Origin: Phoronis australis | Taxonomy: Eukaryota; Animalia; Phoronida | Direction of reading: 5' to 3' | Assembly (NCBI GenBank): GCA_002633005.1 | Contig: NMRA01000662.1 | Span: 71,375-135,374 of the forward strand | DNA length: 64,000 nucleotides | In this document: positions 27,401 to 39,400 of the stretch, piece after piece | Numbering within the stretch: the first letter of the stretch is position 1 | Layout: the number at the start of each line of letters is the position of its first letter | The notes under the pieces: model-generated | The model's database searches: none | Told to the model about the DNA's origin: nothing | The model's input: only the letters and a program-made list of their open reading frames with translations | Program-made: the position numbers and the translations under genes

Positions 27401-30400
27401 CTCTCTGCTAGTAGATGATGATTTTCAGCTAGTAAAGTTAGCTAGAGATGTGCTGGTGCAAGTCTCCCTGTCTTTGTCACCTTCCCCCTTGGTGGCTGAA
27501 CTCTACTCTGCCCAAGGATTTTGCCCGACTGGGACGTCCCTCAAGATTTAGAAAGGTCTGTTTATGGTTGGTTCATGAGCACATTCGTAGTTGAATTGTT
27601 CTCTGTCATTTTTCTGGAGACACATTCGTGCTCTATGATAGTAGTCCACTCAAGTTTTCAAATACAATAGTGCTAAATGTGTTTGTTATTGCTGTTTTTT
27701 GTTATGGTCTTCGTTTGGGAACTGTTTAGCTCATTTCACTTTTGATTTGATACATTTAATCCAAGCACAGCCTTGTTACTTTATTTTTGGTTGTTGGTTA
27801 TTGACTGACAGTGATTACTGTGTGGTATTTGAATTGATCGTGTAGTCGTTGCCTAATATACTGTTACTGGGTTTTGTGATTGAGGATTCTGTTGATAGAA
27901 TTCAGGTGTGTGCGTGCTTAGGAGGTTGTTGTAACTGTGTCCGACTGTGACTGTGACTTGATAACTGTCAGAGAGCTGGAATACTGATTTGGACTTTCAG
28001 AATCCAGTTGAAAGTAACTACATCATTGAAATTGGTTTTGCCGAAATCTTAGACCAACTTGTTCAAAGTAGGCTGGCTTCCTTGTTCACTCATTGCGTTT
28101 CTTTCTCATGAACATATTATATTCTCCTCTATTACTACTCTATTCTTTTGAGTTAGATCTTATTTCATTTCTGACATACCATAATTTCTACAACTAAGTA
28201 CAAATTGGGGTTCGTAAGAAAGGAAACATGGTTTTGGTTTTTCATCACAAGAAAACACTTACAGTAAGAATGGCTGCAGCTTGTGAGTGAAGGACATGCG
28301 TTGCCCAGTAATTTCTGATGAACAACTTCAAAATCAAAACACTGAATCCATCGTATCTCTGACTTTGACACAGGATGAATTTCCAGTTCGATAACTTCCA
28401 CCTCCAAAAAGTTCCAAATTGAAATTTATTGGATTTGGAAGTCATATCGACTGAGATTGTCAACCCAATAGTTGTTGTGTTGAAGTGTGTTTCTGGGAGA
28501 AATTAGTTATTCATATAATACAGGCATTTCTAGTGTATCCTGTGTCTCTGCATCAAATGGAGTATTGATTGTAGATGACTAAGTGACAATTATAGCATTT
28601 TCAATAGGAATTGAATTTGTACTTTTGAAACATTTGAATTACATCTTGTGAAATGCATTCCAAGTCCGTCAATATTTGATTGTCGAAGTGAGATTCCAGA
28701 TTAAGCATGCTGTTTTATTTAAGATGTCAAAGCTCGATCAATACTGTTTTGTTATGTTTGTTTGCACTGGGTTGTATTTGTGCAGTCGTAGCCTTCATGT
28801 CCACGAAACTAAAACTGTGAGTGGGCAAGTTTTTTCCAAGTGTTATAAATTGTGCAGTTGGGAAGAATGTAATAGTGGTAACTTGTTCTGGTGAACAATT
28901 TTATTTAATCTTTCTCAAAGGTATTCAACTCATTCATTTTATTGGATGTGTTTTTAGGATCACAACTATGGTCAGCCGCCACCCATGTCTCCCAAGGCCC
29001 TCACCCCCATTGAGATTGACCCCATCATAGAGACGCCCATCGAGTCAGCGGCCACTGTCACTGTGGAGACGACCCATGTGGCCCCTGGTGATGATCAGGT
29101 TGACGACAGCGTGACCCGTTGTATCTGCGACTTCACACACGACGATGGTTACATGATTTGTTGTGACAAGTGCAGGTAAAGTCAGTTTTGTTGTTGGACT
29201 TATGATGGAATGTCTGCCAGTGTCAAGTGCTGTAATAGCTTGTAGGGACATGGCTCAGTGGTAAAAAGGTACTTGAAGCCTGTGAAGGGTTGTACATGAA
29301 GCAGGTGTGACGTTAAGCAATACATTAGGAACACTGAACAATTAGTGCTCCCATGCAGTCTGTAACAAGATGTGCCAAGACTAGATCATATGTCCAAGTT
29401 CATGGTGAGAGGCCCATATTGTAATGTGGTTTTCCTCTGTGGTAAAAAATGCAATTGTTGGTGTCAATAAAGCCATTTGTTGATGCATTTAAGAAATGGC
29501 AAGTGTGAGCTAGGGAGGGACTGTGTCATTGCTTGTTGTGTTGCCTTTGACAGTGTATGGCAGCACATCGACTGTATGGGCGTGGATCGAGACCACATCC
29601 CAGATGTTTACTGCTGTGAGCTGTGCGAGCCCAGAATATTCGACAAGCAGCGTGCCGTCGCCCTCCAAACTCAGAGAAGGCAAGAGATAACAGGTAGGTA
29701 TAGGTGATTGCGTCTAGGCTGCAGATAGAGCAATTATAGCAAGCAGTCACTGCTATTGTTGGTGTGCACCTATTTCAGCCTGTCTGCTGGTGAGGGAAAC
29801 ATCTCTCCCCATTGGTGCTTTGTGCCCATGATCTGTTGTGGAAGGGTGCCCACAGCGCAGAAATCGGTTCTGAAATTTGTTAGATGAGTAATTGTTAATA
29901 AAAGTAAACAGTGTAAGAAAGGGTTGTGAAGTGTAATTAAGCTGTCTTTATGACCAGTGTAAAATGTCATTCCACAAAAGACTGGAGCCATTTGTACACT
30001 TGTTGTACTCGTGAAGCTGAGGTGTGCTGCCTGGCAATCTTATGACTTGTGTTTTTAGACGGGAGTTCTAGCGAAGAGGAGAAAGTGTCGTCAGCCTACA
30101 CAGCAGTGACTGGTAGAACGCCCACCTCCTTCATGCTTAGACAGAAAAACAAGAACTCTGACAAGAAGAGGAAACGGAGGGACTCTGCCAAGTCAGTGGA
30201 CAAGAATGACAAGAAACAGAAGAAAGCCAAAAACAACAAACTGGATAAAACGGTCGACGTAAAAAATAATAAGGTACTTGTTTTGTCACTGATAGCTTTT
30301 CTCTTTGTCAGTTTTAAGTGCTTCGTGACGCAATGTAGGTCGTTCTTTAACGAAAGAATTTAACATGTAAATGAGTACAACAATTTGAGTTGGCTTTTTC

Positions 30401-33400
30401 ACTCTTTGAATCTAAATTTCCCCATTAATTTAGATATTTTACATCATTAATGAGTGGAATTGGCATACGTGGTTTTTGAATGACCTTATTTTGGTTTTCA
30501 GAAAACTACAAAGAATGGTGCTAAAAAGGCGGTGTCCGTGGCCAAGGTTACGCGTAGGCTGCCGCCGGCGGATTGTGTGGAGGAGGATGAGAATGCGCGT
30601 GAAGCGTGGGATAGCTCGCATCACTCGTGGACGGACACGTACGAGGAAGCCAAAACCAACCAGTATAGCGGCGACATAGAGGCTGTGCTGGCACTCAACA
30701 GTCTCAATGGGGCCATCGTAAGTGAAGATGCGGGAGTACCCTGGTGGGCCCCGATGTAGCCAGTCTTCAAATCTATATAACTGTAGTTCAAACTGCAATT
30801 GTTTTTTTTTAAATCAAAATTTGTTCTAGTTTGAATATAATGAGGTGTACGTAATAGAAAATCTGTTTGAGTGTTTCATTGGCATTCTTTTTTTGAGAAT
30901 CTACTTAGTTGTTAGACCCTTTCTATGATAGGTTCGGAAAAATATTTTTACGACAGTTTAGAATTTGGAATTAAAACACATTTTTATTCATTGATGACAA
31001 GACACCTAGTCAATTGGCTGTCCGTCATATTTCAGTGGGCGGAGCCTAGTCTTTCCAAGCAGCTGCAGGTCCAGCTGTGCAAGGTGGCGTTCGTGCAGAA
31101 CCAGAAGCGTGGATTGTTGGCGACGTGTGACGTCTCGAATTGCCAAACTATCATTGAGTACAGGGGTTACTTCATGCAGCGTGACCAGTTTGATGTGGAA
31201 AACAAGTTCTACAAAGAGTGAGTGTTTAACTTTGCAAACAAACTGCCCGAGATCTTTCTGTGTTCTGAGCGGAGTACAACCAGCAGCATAAATTACGTAA
31301 ATGAGTATTAGAAACCCAAGAGGGCGTGGTGGTTTGTGAGTGATGTTTACATTACTTATTTTTTCAAGTTTTTGATGTTTCCTATGAGAAATGTTTTCAG
31401 TGTCTGAATCCAGGTTCTAATTTCTAGAAAGTTCATTGGATGGTTACGGTGTCTATTTTTATGACACACCTGCTCTGATGACAACCCGAGGTTCAGTACA
31501 TTTGGTGTATCAGAGGGCTGCCAGCTGTTAGGATATACTCGTATGCTGCGTACTTTTAGAGGCCTCACTTACCTAGAGGCTTTAAACGTTCAGGATTTTG
31601 AGCATTTTCATTTTACTTTTTTATGAAAATTCAGCAGAAAGTTTTAGTTTATCTGTAAAATTATTAACTTCTTGAAGCGCTAGTTAGTCGCTGATTAAGG
31701 TAGAGTTTCGGAGGACCTGACTACTGGTGTGCCCCCTAGTGGTAATTTTAGTTTTTTACGTTTCACTGTGTATCTTCAAAGTTCCTCAACAGATTTTCAT
31801 AAAATTTTAAAGATAGACATCTATTGGTGAGTTGATGCTATCTTCTTGTTTTGGATGGAATCGAGGTATTTTGCACCACCTAGTGGCCATTTTTGCTGTT
31901 TTTAAATCTTGTTTTGGCATCCACCCCTGTATCAACCAAATCATTCTAAGGATGATTTTGAAAATTGATGTATATGTTCTCAGTGTGAAAAGGACATTTG
32001 ATGATGGCGACTGACTACTCTGGCACCTCCTAGTGGTAGTTTTGTTTTGTTTTGCGCCCATAACGGTATCTCATAAACCCACTGCAGGATCTTTATTAAA
32101 GTTAGTAAGAGTATTTGTATGAAGATAACAACAGATGATCACTTTCAGGCCGATCCAACGGACGCTTTGCCCACTAGTGGCAATTTCATTTTATTCTGTT
32201 TTCCTTTATTTTTCTGAAGTTCCTTGACAGATTTTTACGAAATGTTGCATGTTCCTGTTTTTGGATGGATTGTACGTTTGTGTGCCATCTAGTGGCCATT
32301 TTTATGATACAAATAAATAATCCTAAAAGCACATCATTTGTAATGCATTCGTGGGTGCATTTCAACACTCCGCATTGCTCTTGTTAGTTATTGCTGGCCA
32401 CATAAAATGACCCAGCTGGTCAAGATGACTAACTTATTAGGCCTAGGCCTAGGCCCAGGGTCTTATCTTTTTACTCAACATCGTATTAGAAAAAATATTT
32501 CGACATTTATCATTTTCTTTGAGAATGAAATCAAGATAATTATCTATTATTTTATTCTTAAGTGTATTATGAATTGCGCAAACAACTGCACAGTCCAAAT
32601 TTGCACTTGATGACTCCCAAATTCGAATTAAAAGGTTGGGCAATAGTCAGATATAACGTGCCTGTATTTTGAGAACCTGTTTGATGCCCGTTATTCATTG
32701 TGCAATAGCTTCCGAAGATGGCTGCTGTGAGTAGCCGAAACTGTCAAGGTACAGCGTTTTTGCTTGGTTGTGTTAATAAGAATTAATCTATGTGTTCTCT
32801 ACCAACCTTATGAAATTATTTAGAGCTTTAAACTCAAGTTTGATTTCAAGTAAAAAGATTATGTCCCAGCTTTTGGTTCTTCGCAAGCCCTGAAATCACT
32901 TTCTTTGTTGGTTTTTCAGGGACTCGCCATACGTGTTGTTTTACAATAAGTGTGACAACATGGATCTGTGTGTGGACGCTGCCAAGTACGGCAATGATGC
33001 TCGCTTTGTACGCCGCTCCTGTATGCCTAACGCTGAGGTCAGTTGCTAACGTTATCTTACCTATCGGTTTTCTTCTACGTGTCATCTTAAATCTCCTCGA
33101 TTTATCCTCACAGTTATGCCTTATTCATTAGACGAGTAAAACTGATGGTGTATTTTGATTTGTTTTGTATTCCTCTCTTCGTGTCAGAGGCATGGTTGTT
33201 CTTGACCTTGACCTGTGAATAGGGAGGTACAGCAACTGTCGGTAGCAAGACGGCAGGGCAGACGTCTCTTGTGTCTACGCTCTGTTCTTGTCATCGAGAA
33301 CAGGCCTATTGCTCAGATACATTTGTTGAGAAAATTCTCAGCCTGTCGCATGTTGCAGCACCTAAACAGTTGAGTGATGGACTTCTAATTCCAGTCTGCA

Positions 33401-36400
33401 ACATTCCTCCAGTTAGTTGCATCTTCACTTAGCCTCGCCGTGCTGTCAATTTCAGGTGCGACATGTTGTGGAGAGTGGCAGTATAAGCTTGTACATCTGT
33501 TCTACCAAGGACATCCCCTTGGACACAGAGGTGACCATCCCTTTCGACTTCAATTACCGAGATTGGTAAGTTTTCATCTAACGTGGTGTAGTGTATGCAA
33601 ATACTACTTTGGTGGAATTTTGAAAATTCCCATCTGTTGTCGCAGTTTCGCATGTTACCACTGTCGTGTATTTGTACTCAGCCAAGGTAACAATATTTAT
33701 ATAAATGTATTGTGTGTCTTTCAGTGACTACTGTGTAGATTGCGCATGTAACCGTGCCAGTTGCTCTGTGAAGAAGTTCTTCAAGAAGTCCAAGGCTAAA
33801 GAAAATGATGTGTAGGTTTTTCTTGATAACAGTTGACCATTATATAGCAGTTCCTTATATAAATGCTGGAAGAGTGGTGCTATATCCTTATGTGGGGTCA
33901 TCGTGAGGTTGTGGGCTATATTCTTGTGTCTGGTCCTCATGAAGTTGGGTACCGTGCGAAGATAGGAAGAGATACGATACGTGTGTAATAATCTAGTGAC
34001 CGACTAGTTGCCATTTTGTCTTGTTGTACATAATACACGGTGTCGTGACCAGTGTTGGAGTGAATTGTTGATTCTAAAACACGTTGATATAAAGCAGAAC
34101 TCATTGGCACGTGTGGAAAGAAGGTAAAACGGACACTCGCAACAAATTAGTAAATCGATTGGAAACGTTTCGTTGTTTGACCTCTAGGCCAGTGAAGAGA
34201 AAGCAGCGCAGCAAGTCGGCACCTGACGGGAGGTCTACTGACGACCCCGCCCCCACGGACACTGCTGGTCCAGTGAACTGTAAGAAGAAGAAGGTGATGT
34301 CCCCACTCAAGCTGTCCACAACATCCACCACTGTCCCAGTAAGGTTCTGTCTGCTTGACGGACACTGTTAGTCATTACTCTCTCTCTGAAATGTCAGTAG
34401 GTGGACGTTTGACTGAGTAAGGTTACCAAGTTAGATGATTGTGTTTGGTAGAGTTTCTGTTGGGTTGTATCTAGCAGTATATGATTATGGTCCAAACTGT
34501 GAGTTAGCCTCAGTCTTAAGTTAGCATGTGATGATCCGTCATATTTAATGGCTGGTGTGTGCGTTGTGCGTATATATTGATATATGTACTTGTGCTTTCA
34601 TCAGCCATCATGTCCCTCTAACACGTTGATTGTCGCCGTTTTTTATGTCTTACGTGTGCATGACACTACATAGACTGACATACATTGACTTTCTGTACAA
34701 GAAAAAGTAACCAGAAGGTTGCGTTGGGTTGCTGATGCTAGCCTGATTTACATGCGATGCAAAATCTAACATAGGGCTAACTTTGGACAAATGGAAACTG
34801 TCCTTTGATGTGCTAATTATGTGGTGTCTTTGGGTTTACATAAAAAGTTTAAAAAACACTTATTTCATTATGGAGCAGCACAGGGACATGTGTAATGCAA
34901 TATGCAGAGTTTAGGCAGTCAGTAATCTGATGCCAACTTTTTTAGTTTCTTTGTTTTTGTTATGCAAGGGAGTTTTGAACTGTGGTAATTCAATCTTGAC
35001 TAGAGCCGCATTCATTTGTACAAAGTAGCGATTTGATAGTGCTGTGATTCTCCACAAAAATAATTGCCAAAATGTTCATTTTTTCGTTTTTCAAAGGCTG
35101 AATACCTTGCTGCAAATAATAGAATCATGACCAAATGTTGTTTTATGGCATCTTCGCACCATGCTAGTAACAGGCTGAAAATGCCTTTGTCTCTGTTCTT
35201 GTGAAGCAATTTTGCAAACTAAAACTTGGACTTGTCTACCATATTGCCTGCTAAGTAAGTGAAGAATAAGAGTGATTAAAGTTGGGCTCGATGGTTAGAT
35301 AGATGGTTGGTGCTCTTGTAACCGTCTCCTTGGTTTACAATTGAATATCTATCTTAAGTTAGGTCTATTTAGGTCTAGTGAGTTGTGGTTCCCTGTCTCA
35401 CATGTCTTTCCTCCTATATAGAGTGTGACCAGTCCTCCTCTCACAGTGGATACCTCTGTGCCTACCACGCTTGCACCTTCAAAGTCTCCCAGCGGCTGTG
35501 GTGCCCCAGATCCCGCGGTCACATCCGAGATATCCAATGATGGCATGGTTGCCGAGTTGGATGAGAAGAAATTGGTATGTATCATAAGTGTTGATATTGC
35601 TGATTGAAATACACTTCTATACTGTAGAAACTGACATGGATGAGTTGAAAGTGATATATTCTGTTCTTATTCTAGCTTTTTCTACCAACCTCCAACAATT
35701 CATCTGTTTTTCTTCACTGTTTGTTTTCTTGAGGAACTGGCAAATTTCAGTGCTGAAGACAATTTCTTCCGACGTCTTTATAGTTGCCACGTCTCCAGAA
35801 AAACCCGATTTGATCTGTACTCAAATAGATTTCTGCCAATACGCGGCCATTTGTAAGAAATAAACTCGAATTTATGATTCTGCACAGGCGTAAGAATACA
35901 TTTGACTTCCTAGCTTACACGAATCCCCCCCAACATGATTCATAGATTGCCTGGTAACCATGGCTACCAGCAGCGGTCTCCTCGTTGCACTTTGTTGTGT
36001 TGTGTTGACAGACGAGAGAAGAGCGCAAGATGCTGGCCATTATGAGGGCGTTTGAAAAGCTGGAGAAACGACAGGAGCGCCGGAAGGAGGCGCTGGCGAG
36101 GCTAGAACACAAGAAGCAGGATGACGAGGTCGGTGACAGTGATAAGGTCAAGGTGGAGGTAAAGGTGGAGGTGAAGGACGAGCGCGTCGAGGCAGTGCCC
36201 CCACAGCCGGACGCTGTGGACGACGCGTCTGCAGAAGTGGCTCCCCCCGTGGTCGAGGTGAAGAAGGAACCAACAGCGAAGAAGAGGAAGACGAAAAGTA
36301 ACAGCACACCAGCCAGGAGGTGAGTGAGTGACAATTGACTCGTGTTAGTTTTATAACCACTCCAAGAGTTTTTAAGAATTTCTGTAGCTGTTTGTGGTTC

Positions 36401-39400
36401 TAAGTTTTTGACTACCTTTCTAGGATTTTGTTTGCCATATCCTTCATTTGCGTTGGCACTGGTCAATTTACGTTTTGTCAAAGTTACGTACACTTTGGTG
36501 CCGTGTCGGTTCACTTCCAGCTAGGAAGTGAATACGTAAAGGTTATGTTGGGCATCTTTTGTTTTTCCCATTACTTTGCTGTCCTGTCTGACTGTGACGG
36601 AGGTAGTTATACGAGTGGGATACACAAACGGGGAAGCGGACACTGCTGTTGCACGCCGTCACATTGGAGTGCAACTATGTGAAGTCTTCTACACTTCAAC
36701 ATTGGTCAATAATGCATTGCAATAGGAAAACACACGAGCAACCTCTGCTGTTAGTGAAGCTTTGTGATGTGGCAGTACTGAAGAGAGAATGTAATTGAGT
36801 ATATTGGTGTGAACACTAGAGAATTTGATTACTTGCCAGTGTGTTGTTTGGTATGTTATGAGCCTAAGCTTGGTGTTGGCACATGTAATTGAATCCAAAG
36901 CGCGCTAATTGCATTGAGACTGTGTTGGCCTGTGATTCGTCTACTGCACTTTTACATTAGCAGAATGTCTTATTCATAGAATTGTTCATTTTAGGCGAAG
37001 TCGAATGAACAGCGGTGGGTCAAGCACTGCCTATCCATCGACGGATGAGGAGGGGTGTAGTCATGATCGGCTGGACCCCCAGCTGAGCAACCCGGTCACA
37101 CCAACACCCACGGACCCACTCAACACGCCACAGTCGGGCAAGGCATTTAGGTTTCACAAGACTAAAAAGGTGAGTGGGTCTGGCTTGATGCAGATGCGTG
37201 TTTACTATCGGAGAAATGGCACCATGTAGTACATTGGTACTTGGTACTTGTAATATATTGGTACTTGTAATACATTGGTACTTGTAATGGATTGGTACTT
37301 GTAATGGATTGGTACTTGTAATACATTGGTACTTGCAATGGATTGGTTCTTGGAATACATTGGTACTTGTAATGGATTGGTACTTGTAATACATTGGTAC
37401 TTGTAATGGATTGGTACTTCTAATACATTGGTACTTGTAATGGATTGGTACTTGTAATGGATTGGTACTTTTAATACATTGGTACTTCTAATACATTGGT
37501 ACTTCTAATACATTGGTACTTCTAATACATTGGTACTTTTATTACATTGGTACTTGTAATACGTTGGCTTGCTTTACAAACAGCAGTTAAATTCTTCATG
37601 AAAAGGCTCACAGCTGTTGGTTTTGTGTGCTGTGCTGGCTTACCGGCTGTGTGCACTGGATAATTTGTCTTCGCTTTCATACTTGCCTCTGCAGCATCTG
37701 ATGACAGAGTGGCTGATGGAGAAATCCTTGGAGACGTCCAAACCACTGACCATCCGCACAGATATGTCCGAGGAGCTGGCCGACTCTGCCGAGTTTGTCA
37801 AATGCATCCCCAGTCCCCACAACTCATGGACCCATCTTCGTCGGGACAGTAGCCAACACCCACAGGTGACTGTGGTGCGGCAGGCTTCGCTCAACTCCAG
37901 TATGGGCTCAGCAAAAAAGGTGTGTGGTTGTGCGTGTGTGCGTGACGTGACACTTAAAACTATGTTTTTCTGTTGAAAAAAAATAATTAATTATGTTNAA
38001 ACAGCAGTTAATTCCTTCATGAAAAGGCTCACAGCAGTTGGTTTTGTGTGCTGTGCTGGCTTACCATCTGTGTGCATTGGATAATTTGTCTTCGCTTTCA
38101 TACTTGCCTCTGCAGCATCTGATGACAGAGTGGCTGATGGAGAAATCCTTGGAGACGTCCAAACCACTGACCATCCGCACAGATATGTCCGAGGAGCTGG
38201 CTGACTCTGCCGAGTTTGTCAAATGCATCCCCAGTCCCCACAACTCATGGACCCATCTTCGTCGGGACAGTAGCCAACACCCACAGGTGACTGTGGTGCG
38301 GCAGGCTTCGCTCAACTCCAGTATGGGCTCAGCAAAAAAGGTGTGTGGTTGTGCGTGTGTGCGTGACGTGACACTTAAAACTATGTTTTTCTGTTGAAAA
38401 AAAATAATTAATTATGTTAGACTTTTTAAAATTTTTTGATATTGGTTTGCCATCAGGGATATTTTTGAAACTAGAAAGTTGTGTTGCCATTAGTGATATT
38501 TGTGAAACTAGAAAGTTGTGTTGCCATTAGGTAACTGGTTTTATCTCTCCTGTCTCCAGAGATGGTTACGGCAGGCCATCAGTGAGACGACAACAGATAG
38601 TGGCAACAGTTCACCTGTGCACAACGGCACTCTCAGTCCTAGCATGCCAAGCCCCAGCTGTTCTCCACCTCCGGACTTCGTCACACCACTCAAAAAGCGC
38701 CGTCTGGCCCGTGAGTCACTGACCTCACAGGATGGTCTGCTGACCCCGTCCACACCAGGCTGTGGAACAGGCGCTGACGGTGTCGACATTCTGTTAAAGC
38801 CAGATGTTGGTCAGACTGGGGACAAGAACAGCTTAAAACCATATTCGCCAGTCACACCGTCCCTAGAGAGTGATAACCTGTTTGAGGTGAGTTGTGCAAG
38901 TCGAACTGTACATTCCTGTCTGGTTTGTCACATCTTCTGTGTGGACACTGCAGCGTCTCAGGTGTGATCTATGTGGGAGTGTAAGACTGAGTTTGAGCGC
39001 ATAGTGCATGGGAGGCCAGACATCAGCTTCATCTAACCACTCTTCGTGTTGCCCCGATAATTTCTTTCCGTCTGAAATTGTCAGCAGATTGTGCATTTGT
39101 TACCGTTATCCTGAGAATAGTGAAGACCTTGCAAACTGCAAACGTTGTATCATTTCAGACTTAGTCAGTCCACTGTGGACATTAAAGCGAGCTGAATGGA
39201 TGGGTAATCACCAAACGCCAGTTGTGCTTGTGTTGTGCTGTTTGTAATCAGTCCATTCCATTCCGTCTGCTTCTGTTTTCACCATTCCTGTTGTTGTGTA
39301 GTTTTGTTTCAAAGCAGCCCGAGTGTAATGCTATGATGGGCACAGCCTGGGGGTAATGCTGTGATGGTCACAGCCCGGGGAGTAATGCTATGATGGACAT

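Noticed and set aside
26656-27526. ~435-bp tandem duplication
   Set aside because: Single N at 27097 and different (GT)n length between copies, consistent with an allelic assembly artefact
35915-36514. 199-aa minus-strand ORF
   Set aside because: Antisense shadow of KMT2E exon 13
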